Shown here: positions 41,395 through 51,865 of the stretch, piece after piece | How positions within the stretch are numbered: the stretch's first letter is position 1 | How the letters are laid out: the number at the start of each line of letters is the position of its first letter | Origin: Macrostomum lignano | Taxonomy: Eukaryota | DNA: 64,000 bases | Direction: 5' to 3' | NCBI GenBank assembly: GCA_002269645.1 | Contig: NIVC01002782.1 | Coordinates: 1 to 64,000, forward strand | Position numbers and translations under genes: made by a program | Notes under the pieces: model-generated | The model's database searches: none | Seen by the model: the letters and a program-made list of their open reading frames with translations, nothing else | What the model was told of the DNA's origin: nothing

Positions 41395-42000
41395 TGTGGG
41401 TCATTCATCACGGGTCAGTGGGTCATTCACTGTGGGTCGACAGTGGGTCATTCACTGTGGGTCGAGAGCAGGTCATTCACTGTGGGTCGACAGTGGGCCA
41501 GTCATCATGGGTCAGTGGGTCAATCATCATGGGTCAGTGGGTCATTCGTCATGGGTCAGTGGGTCAGTCATCATGGGTCAGTGGGTCAGTCATCATGGGT
41601 CAGTGGGTCAGTCATCATGGATCAGTGGGTCATTCGTCATGGGTCAGTGGATCATTCATTGTGAGTCGACAGTGAGCCAGCGGTCATGGGTCAGTGGGTC
41701 AGTCATCATGGGTCAGTGAGCCAGTGGTCATGGGTCAGTGTGCCATTCGTCATGGATCAGTGGGTCATTCACCGTAGGTCAGTGAGCCAGTCATCATGGG
41801 TCAGTGAGCCAGTCATCATGGGTCAGTGGGTCAGTCGTCATTGGTCAGTGTGCCATTGGTCAGTGGGTCATTCACCGTAGGTCAGTGGGCTAGTCATCAT
41901 GGGTCAGTGGGTCAGTCATCATGGGTTAGTGGGTCAGTCGTCATGGGTCAGTGGGTCAGTCATCATGGGTCAGTGGGTCATTCGTAATGGGTCAGTGGGT
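41395..42000. repeat. Intronic GGGTCAGT/CATCAT repeat
   Basis: Fills intron A2-B1. Confidence 0.9.
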
Positions 42001-42283
42001 CCTCCTGCTCTTCCATCACGGGTCATTGGGTCATTTATCATAGGTCAGTAAGTAGATCATTCGTCTCAGGTCATGGGTATTGTGGGGTCACTGACTCATT
42101 AATTATAAATCGCAACAAAACTATTGAAATGTGAAAAAGATCACTTGGCAAGGCACTATATATTTATAAATTTTCAGACCGGAACAGCCAGTGGAAGAGG
42201 CGAGATTATGTATAAAAGTCCTCTACTATAAATTCTCTAATATAAGTCCTCTAATAGATACAGGGTATTCTATCGATAAATAC

Positions 42284-42575
42284 TTGTACTCATAAGGTAC
42301 AGCGGTTTCAGCAGAGCCCCGGTGCTGGCAAAGAAGTCCGGACTGACTCCATGCTCAAGCTGCTGGCTATAGTTCTCGTGAATTCGCTGCACCACATCGA
42401 ACCGGAAGTCCTGCCTTGCGACCGCCTTGTCCTGCAGGGCAGACCGGACGGCCTCCGTCAGGTGCTCGCCGGCGCGGATGACCGCAAAGTCGGTCCAACT
42501 GGCAGGGAATGTCTCGGAATAGCCGGGGCCGATTGGGCCCGCGTCCGTGGGGAGCAGCGGCTTCGTGCGGCTCAC
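42284..42575 (-). CDS. Tandem pseudo-caspase gene, exon A2 (domain A, small-subunit-like half)
   Basis: Acceptor ccccctcgcgcag|GTG, phase 0, gives FFQ-VSR in place of QACR. Contains TDFAVIRA and STGALLKPLYL. The 3' end is uncertain: weak phase-1 donors after 42290 or 42284, or the stop at 42270. Confidence 0.75.
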
Positions 42576-42599
42576 CTGCGCGAGGGGGAGGCTAAGTAG

Positions 42600-43150
42600 G
42601 TCAAGTCAGGGTCAGACCAGGGTCAGGTCAGGGTCAGGTAGGTCAGGGTTAGGTAGGTTGGAGTCAGGTAGGTAGGGTCAGGTAGGTTAGGGTCAGGTAG
42701 GTCAGGGTCAGGTAGGTTAGGGTCAGGTCAGGGTCAGGTCAGGGTCAGTTCTGTCAGGTCAGGGTCAGGTAGGTCACGGTCAGGTCAAGGTCAAATAGGC
42801 CAGGTCAGATCATGTAGGTCAGGGTCAGGTCATGATCAGGTGTGTCAAGGCAGGTAGGTCAGGTCAGAGTCACAGAGGTCAAGGTCACAGACCTGGTAGT
42901 CAGGTCAGGGTTGGGTTAATTCAGGTCTAGGTCAGGGTTGGGTTAATTCAGGTCTAGGTCAGGGTTGGGTTAATTCAGGTCTAGGTCAGGGTTGGGTTAA
43001 TTCAGGTCTAGGTCAGGGTTGGGTTAATTCAGGTCTAGGTCAGGGTTGGGTTAATTCAGGTCTAGGTCAGGGTTGGGTTAATTCAGGTCTAGTTCAGGTA
43101 GATCAGGTCATGGTTAGTCAGGTAAATTAGATCTGGGTCAAGTAAGTTGA
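42600..43150. repeat. Intronic GGTCAG repeats, including a 27-bp unit (CAGGTCTAGGTCAGGGTTGGGTTAATT)
   Basis: Fills intron A1-A2. Confidence 0.9.
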
Positions 43151-43414
43151 GGTCAGGTACATGTATTTCAGGATCAGGTATGTTAGGTAAAGAATGCAAT
43201 ATCATCTGGCCATACCTAGTAAGGTTATATAAGGTTCATAAGAAAGATGGGACTAAAGTAAAATGAGTTATGAAACATAAGGTTAGTAAGGTCATGATTT
43301 ATAAAATTCTAATTGGGTTACAATAAAAAGTATTTTAAAAATGTAAAATGTTGGATTTTAACTAGGCTTATACATTTACAAAAAAAATTAACCAGCCAGG
43401 TGGGTCATTCTCAC

Positions 43415-43765
43415 CTGAAAAAAGAAAATCTTTGGCTTTCCTTTCCACTGAGTGGATGTCATAAATGGTTCAATAACTGAGTGAAAATCAAATGGTGCTC
43501 CATTGATAGTCAGTTGATAATTGCATAGGCAGCAGCCAGCAAAGTACAAAACAAAACAGCTTCCAGTCTCATTGGCATATTTCATGAGCTCTGTACTTAG
43601 CCAGTCATCGGCCAGTCCATTAGGCAGGTCTTGGTATTTAGTTCTAAAGCCAAGACTTTCAAATATTGAAGGAATTCCATTCAATGAAGCTAGTTGCCAG
43701 TCCCGAATAACAAGGCAGATTCTTTGGCCAGTATGAGTGTCATAGGGCTCAACTGAACCAGCCAT
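43415..43765 (-). CDS. Tandem pseudo-caspase gene, exon A1 (domain A, large-subunit-like half)
   Basis: YDTHTGQRICLVIRD...SLGF...CFVLYFAGCC...WKGKPKIFFFQ matches the caspase pattern, but Cys occupies the catalytic His position. Donor CAG|GTGAGA, phase 0. Whether the ATG at 43765 is the true start is uncertain. Confidence 0.8.
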
Positions 43766-44906
43766 GCTTTGGTTGATTAAAGCTTATTATATTATTTGAT
43801 TGTTTGAGTTGGTATTTGATATATACTTAGTTCTGAAATATCCAATAATTTATGAATTAAGACACTATTAGATACATCCATTACTAAAAATAGTATCAGC
43901 TAAACATGAGAATAATGTTTATAATATAGTATAACATTCATTAGTCTTTTATCTGAAACTATTTTTTGCATATTTTAACTCCTATTGACAATAAAAGTAT
44001 GTATTAAAAAATTTCTATTACCTTAAAATGCACAAGGCCAAGGGTAGTGTAATAATCATTAATGTAGATATTATTCTTTTATCTCTTTAAATTTGATTTC
44101 AAACCTCAACTTGATTAAGAAAAAAGGTGTTTGCTAGAATATTAACTTAGTCTAATTGAATGTATTTAAAAAACTAATTATTATTGCTACCAGAAATATT
44201 GAATGGGCCAGTGGGCCTAAAAACATAACAATTTAAAATACAAACATGATAACAACTTTTTCAAGTCAAGAAATTACATTTCTAAATACAAAGGCTCTAA
44301 AATCAACATATATACATTAATAACAAACAAAAGTCATCATTTCTAAAAAATAAGATCCTGTTAATTCATAACTGGTATCAAGAATTTTTGTAATAGACAT
44401 TTTAAACCTAGTTTTCACGTTTAATATATATTTCGAAACGTTCTAGAGTGTTTTCTTTTAACCTTTATAAAAATTACTATTTATAATATATTTCCATTCC
44501 ACTTCTTTATATATTTATAAAACGTACAAAGCGTTAAAGAACGCGGTACTAAAGATATTATTAATCCTTCGCTAATCTTGTTACAAAATCGCGTCTTTCG
44601 TGGAAAGTCGCCTTTTTGAAATACTAAAATTGTAGTTCCGCGTTTTTTCTTAAACTAACAAATTTTTATATATCCAACTCAGCTAGCAATGTTAAATTGA
44701 CCAAAATGACTTAAAATACAAAATATAAGTTAGTCAAAATATAAAAAGCAAAAATAACCTGAATTTTCATTTAAAGACTTTAAATTGTGTGAAAGGAAAA
44801 CTCCGAGTGGGAATCACATTGCTGTCGCAGTTTGGAAAGACCTTTGTTAGAAAAGTAGCAACTTATATATTACTACATGTAATATATTTTTAAACTGTTA
44901 AATTAG

Positions 44907-45275
44907 CAGGGGCATCACCCGGATTTTATGGTGGGGGGACAAGGCCAATAATTCAACATGTTTATACATGATAAATTCCTACATTTTCATTATTTTGAGA
45001 ATCCGTGTTGTCAGCACTCATTTGGCGCCGTAGGCAGGCACTCTTTTTAGCGCCGCAAAGATTCCTTTTAGCGCCGCAGGAACTCATTAGCGCAGTAGGC
45101 ATGTACTAGTGTACTACTCATTTTGGCACCGAAGGCGCTATAGTTTGGCGCCTTGAAGAAAAATTATTGTTTACCACAACGAGTCACAGGTGGGGTGGGG
45201 GGGGACAAAGCATTGGCACGTCCCCCCATAGCTTTTAATGGGGGGGACATGTCCTCCCTGTCCCCTCCGATGATG
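44907..45275. mobile_element. Degenerate hAT/MITE-like remnant
   Basis: Starts CAGGGGCATCACC; GGGGGGACA subterminal motifs near both ends and GGGGGGGGACATGTCC..TGTCCCC near the right end. TIR and TSD not confirmed. Confidence 0.35.
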
Positions 45276-45805
45276 GATTAAATTAAATGTAACTTACTAT
45301 ATTAAAAGCATAACAATTAGCTATATATTCCATGTAAATATGCAGTTACAGTTACATGTAATTTCATGCCGCAAATGAAATTAAGCATGCAGAAAACAAC
45401 ATGTACATGTATAAAGCGCGAGCTGTCGACCTGTCAAGGGCATAATTAAACTTCATATAGTGAATAATTAAATAGATAAAGAAAAAACACCCGTGTTAAT
45501 TAGAAATATAGGTAATAAGAGCGTCAGAGTAACAATTTTTATTTATGAATAAAAAACTTGCAGATTGCATAAGGTAAGGTATATTACAAATTAATAATAA
45601 TTTTTACGAATAAAAGTTAACGAACAAAAAGTCCGATACCCAAAAATAGAAAATAATAGAATTTAGCTGTAGAAAAATATGGAAGATAATTAAAATTGGA
45701 ATTAAATTACACAAATTACAGAGGAAAAAAATATTTACGTTTTTATTATTGCTACGTGTAGCTGAGTCATTGCTCAATTGCTCGTCATTGCAAATCTGAT
45801 CAGTC

Positions 45806-45889
45806 TCAAATCAGGTGGAAATGTTTCAGACTGTTGCGCAGGTGCACCAGCTCGCGATCGATGCTGTCCAACTTCTGCTCGAGCAGCTC
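45806..45889 (-). CDS. MPHOSPH9-like gene, terminal exon
   Basis: ggccag|GAG; ELLEQKLDSIDRELVHLRNSLKHFHLI* versus recalled EALEDRLERINRELGSVRMTLKKFHVL. Joined CDS is 1044 nt (347 aa). Confidence 0.78.
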   Translation of the reverse strand, partial: ELLEQKLDSIDRELVHLRNSLKHFHLI

Positions 45890-46655
45890 CTGGCCAATTC
45901 GAGTTTCGGGGTTCATGAGAATCGTGAATGAAGATGTTTGGCATGTATGTAGCGGGACACGAGGGTTGCGGGGCACCCTGGGCGCAACGCCTTCAGCGAA
46001 ATCAATACACATCCACCTGCCCATTCCGCTGACTCTCTGTCTTGGGGGTTGGCCCTCACGGGTGTAAATCGCGCAACAACTGGTTATCGTGATTGATACA
46101 GGTAAAGAGTAATTACAGTCTTACAGCGTGTTAGAAAATCGATTACAAAATGATAGATTGTATAAATAATAAAGTTTGCAAGTTGATCATGATGACTCTA
46201 GCAGCTAAACTTGTCCGCAACCGTCACCTACGTGAGGCCTTTTTTGTCCAGTCAGAGAGATTCGCACTACTTTTTTAATCCTGCGACTCTGAGTGAAGGT
46301 TTGGAAAAATTTTTCAAATAGGTTTCTGTTTAAAATACGATTAATACTACTTAGTAGAAAATACCCACAGTAGCTTATTAAGAGTGTCAGGAACTTTTAT
46401 AAAAATGTAATAATCAAGAAATTATTTATGAACTATGTAATTTATTAAAGATGTAACTTTAAAATTATGAAATTTATGAATTATGAGCTTTGATATTGAG
46501 ATAATTATGGCTTATGGAAAAATGAATTACGAATTTGATGATTCTGAAAGCATTAAATATACAATTTAGGAATTATTATGAAATTTATGACCATAAACTT
46601 TATGAATTATGCAATTATGGAATTCAAGAAACTCAATTGTAGATGGCAGCCAGAC

Positions 46656-46889
46656 CTGATCCCGCACGCTGTGCCAAGTGTGATGCGCAGAGTCGGTCCG
46701 GGGCACCCTAGTCAGGGCAGCCTCAACCTCGCGCCGTTCCACTTGCAGACAGTCGTAGCGCCGCTCCAGTTCAGCGGGATCGCCCGGCAAGTCAAGAGCG
46801 TCTGCGGTGTCGATGATTCTCCGGCGCTCCAGATCGGCCAGAGAACGGCGCAGACTGTCGGCGGCGGCGTCTCCTGCTACCGTTTGAGC
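46656..46889 (-). CDS. MPHOSPH9-like gene, exon 6
   Basis: ctaattttag|GCT ... CAG|GTCTGG, phase 0-0. LERRYDCLQVERREVEAALTRVP resembles the MPHOSPH9 C-terminal motif recalled as FDELTKEKDQIEAALSRMP. Confidence 0.8.
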
Positions 46890-46904
46890 CTAAAATTAGT
46901 AGGT

Positions 46905-47315
46905 AGGAATAATGTACTGCTTATAATTAGCACACAGATAGATTATAAACTACTGACTGCACTACTTACAGTAGAAATATTAGCACACAGATAGATTATA
47001 AACTACTGACTGCGCTACTTACAGTAGAAATATTAGCACACAGATAGATTATAAACTACTGACTGCACTACTTACAGTAGAAATATTAGCACACAGATAG
47101 ATTATAAACTACTGACTGCGCTACTTACAGTAGAAATACTAGCACACAGATAAATTATAAGCTACTGACTGCACTACTTACAGTAGAAATATTAGCACAC
47201 AGATAGATTATAAGCTACTGACTGCACTACTTACAGTAGAAATATTAGCACACAGATAGATTATAAACTACTGACTGCGCTACTTACAGTAGAAATATTA
47301 GCACACAGATAGATC
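46905..47315. repeat. 53-bp intronic minisatellite, ~7.5 copies
   Basis: Unit starts at 46928, 46981, 47034 and so on. Confidence 0.95.
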
Positions 47316-47350
47316 GTTTGCAGTTCAACAACTTGACGATTTTTCCTCAC

Positions 47351-47635
47351 CTGTTGTTCGGCCGCATCGCCTTCGTCCCCGCCGACAGCTATCATAGAGA
47401 CTCGCCTGTTGCTGCTCCGATTTCGCAGGTACTGCAGCTCGGCCTCCGCAGCTGTCAGTCGGCCCAGCAGACTGTCGCACAGGTGCCGACTGCGGGCCAG
47501 TTGGTTCTCCGCTAGCGCCAGCTCGCGCTCTTTGGCAGCCAGCGCCAAATGGAGTCGAGCTAATTCGTCTGCTTCGGAGCCTACAGAAGCGCCGCTGTTT
47601 GGAATTGGCTGGGCCTCGGTTGCCAAGCTGGCGGG
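47351..47635 (-). CDS. MPHOSPH9-like gene, exon 5 (coiled coil)
   Basis: cacctgctcgcag|CCC ... CAG|GTGAGG, phase 0-0; ELARLHLALAAKERELALAENQL. Confidence 0.8.
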
Positions 47636-47689
47636 CTGCGAGCAGGTGAGTAAAGAGACTCTTGCGCCACTTTACTTTTACCTAATCTT

Positions 47690-47885
47690 GGCGCCATTCC
47701 TGTCACTCCTTGGCGCTACTCCTGTCACTCCCTGGCGCCATTCCTGTCACTCCTTGGCGCCCCTCCTGTCACTCCTTGGCGCCATTACTGTCACTCCTTG
47801 GCGCCATTACTGTCACACCTTGGCGCCATTCCTGTCACTCCTTGGCGCCCCTCCTATCACACCTTGGCGCCATTCCTGTCACTCC
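47690..47885. repeat. 22-bp intronic minisatellite (CTTGGCGCCATTCCTGTCACTC)
   Basis: Direct inspection. Confidence 0.9.
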
Positions 47886-47908
47886 AATTGGTCAACCTAA
47901 GCGCTCAC

Positions 47909-47964
47909 CTCAGCCAGGTGATCGCACAGGTTGCGCCTCTCCTCTGTGCTGATTGGGGTCAGAT
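47909..47964 (-). CDS. MPHOSPH9-like gene, exon 4 (56 nt)
   Basis: ttttaattccag|AT ... GAG|GTGAGC; phase 1-0, exactly bridging the flanking exons. Confidence 0.72.
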
Positions 47965-48159
47965 CTGGAATTAAAAAAAACCAGCTATTACAGGTGGCCA
48001 AAAGTTTTTTGTCAATTTTTACAGGCAGTTTTAAGTTCACAAGGCAATCCAAGACAGTTGGGATATTCAACATTATTTCAAGAAGGTCGAGCTCCTGGAC
48101 CTAAATATTATCAAAAGCAGGGTTATGGAAATTTTCAATTGAAAATTTCAACTACTTGC

Positions 48160-48283
48160 CTCCCGAGCCCTTGGACTTGCGATTGGTGGCCAATCCGGGG
48201 TCATCAGCAATGGCGCTCCTGTGATTGGCAAGCTGCTCGTCAAGTAGGCGACGCTCTGTAGCCAGGTTTCGCCTTACAGTATT
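48160..48283 (-). CDS. MPHOSPH9-like gene, exon 3 (ends at a GC donor)
   Basis: ttcttttgcag|AAT ... GGA G|GCAAGT; 124 nt, phase 0-1; NTVRRNLATERRLLDEQL. Confidence 0.7.
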
Positions 48284-48387
48284 CTGCAAAAGAAATAATT
48301 TTCGCGCAGATATCGATTTAAGCTACTGTTAGTAGAAATATAGAAACACACATGAATAAATATACATTTGCAATCTAAAAAGCTAAC

Positions 48388-48486
48388 CTGCAATTCGCGC
48401 AGCTCATTACAGTGCTGCTCCGTTTTCTGACACACGTAGGCTTGGTGGCGGCTGTTCAACTGGTTGAATACCCGATCCCATTGCTC
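48388..48486 (-). CDS. MPHOSPH9-like gene, exon 2
   Basis: tttgcttccag|GAG ... CAG|GTTAGC; 99 nt, phase 0-0; EQWDRVFNQLNSRH...LRELQ. Confidence 0.7.
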
Positions 48487-48576
48487 CTGGAAGCAGATTG
48501 TTTGCAAATGCTTAAAGATCACTGAAGATTAAGTTTTACTATAATTAAAATTGAAACAGGCAACCCAGTTATTTAC

Positions 48577-48738
48577 CTCGCTGCAGTCTTTTGCAGCAGT
48601 TTTAATGCACATAAGAGCAGTGGGATTGTCCTGCACAATGGCCTCCTTAAGGCGATGCAAAAGTGAATTGTCTGCATGGGCATCAGTGTGGCTACCAGCT
48701 AAATTGTGCTGTGTTGCTCTACTGCTCTTAGTTGTCAT
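48577..48738 (-). CDS. Coiled-coil protein with MPHOSPH9-like C-terminus, first recognisable coding exon
   Basis: ATG at 48738 just after an acceptor-like tttcag (48749-48747). Donor GAG|GTAAAT, phase 0. Further upstream exons are possible. Confidence 0.55.
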
Positions 48739-48749
48739 TGCAAAGGCTG

Positions 48750-51419
48750 AAATACCAAACTGATTTTTATTGACAATAGTTAAGCAAGTTAGGCAAAGGA
48801 GGGTAGAGAAAAGAGAAACCAAGAAGAAAAAAGAAAAAAAGAAAAGAAAAGATAATATATAATGAAATTAAAAGTAAATATAAACCTTTAACATGTTAGA
48901 TTACTATCAAAAATTTGAAAGGACTTATAAACTAGATATTTCATTTTCATTTGGTAAGTTGGGGCTATCAAGGGGCCCTGCGCATCAGCCCTGGGGAGGG
49001 CTCTTATGCAACTAATTTATTTTAGTTTCCAGTTTGAGCGATACATTAAGTATTTTGTTCGAGAAATAAAACAAATATTTTCTAATAATACAATGATGCC
49101 ATTTAAAAACTTAAAACAAATAATAGGGTACAATTAATCAATATAAAGTCAATTTAAAGCAAATGGTTGAAGTATTGAGTAAAACAAATAAATATAAATA
49201 AATATGATTGATAAAACTAAAACAAATATTGGGGTGTAAATATGTACAGTGAATCACAAAGCAGTGATGTTTTGAGTGTTTTGGTTTAAAAATGGAGGCC
49301 AGCTTCTTCACTACTAATGAGAGTAGGTAGACACAGCTATGATATAGGAACCTGCCTATGTTAGTTAACCTTACGAAAACGAAGGATTCCCTGGGAATAC
49401 TTGGAGAACACCGTAAGTAGAGAGGTCCCAAACCCACAGTTGAGGGTTGAGCAAATTTTGTTAATCATCAAACCAGACGCAACAGCATCCCAACAAAGCA
49501 AGCCCAATTGGTAAGTTCAACATTCAGATATCCTAACTTTGTGATAATTATGTGTAGTGGACCTGGCCCCACAATAAACAGCATTTTGGGTGAATAATGT
49601 ACTTATTAAGAGGACTTATAAGCTAGATAGAAAGGTTTGGGGGCTATATATATAGTTTTGCAAATAAGAGTTTGCAAAACCTTGATGCTTGATCAGGGGT
49701 GGACTTAGATAGAAATGCAAAGGGCATATGCCCCTATTAGTTTTTTCATCCTAGGTAAAAAATTGGTTAAATAATAATATTATATCTTTATATATATAAC
49801 TTATAAGTTTGATAGGGTACCCCCTGCCCCATCAAAAATGTTTTGTATCTATGACTATATCTAGCCCTAATTTAAACCAGATAAAAATGCTTTGATTTTG
49901 TTTTCTTGAATTTACCTGTCTTAGGTCATATTAAAACCACTAAGAATATTGAAAAAAGGAATAATTATTAAGGAAATATAAAGTATCATTATTGACTAAT
50001 TCTCAACTTGCTAACTGTGAATTTATCTATATAACTTGTATAAATCTATATCTATATATAAAACTATAAATCTAAAGCTTAGACTATTCTGTGACTCTCT
50101 GCTACATAGAATAGAACCTAATCTTTAACTTACTTTAAACATGAAACTTAGGACTTCATCATTTTAGCTTATAAAAATGAAGCATAGTAGCAGGGACTAC
50201 AACTACAAGTATTCTTACTGTGACTTACTCTAGGTTTAAGAACAAAATATTAAATGCACTGCACGTCTGCAGTCCTATGTAGAATGGAAAAAGTTGGTGA
50301 CACCGTCATCGATTTCTCATAAAAGAATCATAGGACATAATACAATGTCAAGACTGTAGTGTGGTGCCTGTGGAAGTGTAGCCGCAGCAGATTTTATAGG
50401 TTGGGCCTTCGCCTTTGGACTGCATTTAATAAAATAAAGCTTTACCACTTAAACTATTGAGGCAATATACAACAATGGAAGTGGAGTCGACGAGATGCAA
50501 CGATTACCGAATTTTGAAGCTTAACATGCTCAAGTATTAATTTTATCGTCTTACCGAGTAAGACATCGATAGCAAAAGTGCAAAAGTTCAAGATAAATTT
50601 TTGTACGCAGCATTACCTAAAGTAAAACAAAGTTTACTTTTTTTGCCTGAAAGGCTTGTCTCAAACTTCTCTTTCTGAGTAACAAATAACAAGCTATTGA
50701 TTAGAATTTTTTCAGTATTTTTTGTTAGTATGATTCTATATGCAAATTAGAGTCAGCATATTATTTGACCGGCTTACATTCTTTTAATTTGCACAGCGAA
50801 GAAAGTTTTAAAAGCTTCATGTTATGTAATTGTTGAACGCGGTTTTCTTTCTTTGATCCAGTTGTTTTATCTTCTGTCTTGTCTGTCTGTCTGACACAGA
50901 AGATAATAGATACAAAGCAATTTAACTTAATATAGAATAGTCATTTTATTATTTTATTATTTTATTCTGTTGACTGTGTTGTCAAAAAACTAAATATTAT
51001 CATTTAGTCGAGGCTAAAGCATATCAAAACAATAAGTTTTATAGTTCATGGCTTTTTTCATCAGCTCATTCAAGTTAAAAAATATTGATATCACCCACTC
51101 AATTGAAACGTGATGAAAGATTTTATTGTGTTGCCAAACAATTTCTACATTTTTTATCTTCATGTGTAGACTATATTTAAAAAATTAAAATAAATATGGT
51201 CTTTTAAAAAATCAGCATTGTTGTTTTCAGTTATGATTTTAGCTCGTAATGTATAAGAAAATATAACTTTAATAGTTGAAAGTCGTTTATTATTGATTAA
51301 ATTAAGACATCTTGGCTTTTTTGTCCTCTTTCTCTTGAGCAACAGAATCACCGATCTTACTTTTCTGCTTTGAATTTCAACTCAAAAAAGCAAAGCAACA
51401 CCAGCGGCTGGCCCGCCAA
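48750..51419. promoter_or_regulatory. Putative divergent (head-to-head) promoter region between the MPHOSPH9-like and ZNF106-like genes
   Basis: AT-rich, repeat-free interval between two divergently oriented first coding exons. No specific promoter elements identified. Confidence 0.4.
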
Positions 51420-51774
51420 ATGTCAGCCTCGGACAGCGACTCGTCATCGATGCTGCTGGGCGCTGCAGCTGCTTCGCTGTTCCAACACGGCCAGCCGAGC
51501 CCACAGCCGCAGCAGTGCTTCGTATGCCGCATGCGCTTTACTTACTCCGGATTTCTGGCGCACCTGCAGAGTGACACCCACAGGGAGAATCTTGACAGGG
51601 AGCATCGTCTACGTCGGACTGACTGGTCCGAAGGCAGCGGCAGCGGTGCCAGCAGCTTCAAGCGGCCCGACCCGAGCGAGCTGCGGCTGAGCCCCAGACT
51701 GCTGGCCGACTCCGATGATAGTCGCTTTGGGCGGCACAGTGGCAAAGGCGGCGGTAGCGGCAGTCGCGGAGCAG
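51420..51774 (+). CDS. ZNF106: ZNF106-like protein, exon 1 (C2H2/U1-type zinc finger)
   Basis: CFVCRMRFTYSGFLAHLQSDTHRENLD; donor GCA G|GTATGG, phase 1. Confidence 0.8.
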
Positions 51775-51865
51775 GTATGGAAATACGTTCAAATACCGCA
51801 ATTCTAAAGTACATTTTTCACAAGCTCTCCATACACAGTGTCGACTTTCAACCCCCGAATCCAAG

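Noticed and set aside
38279-43765. Decayed caspase pseudogenes
   Set aside because: No frameshifts or internal stops within exons, and splice phases are consistent; loss is confined to catalytic residues. Not fully excluded without expression data.
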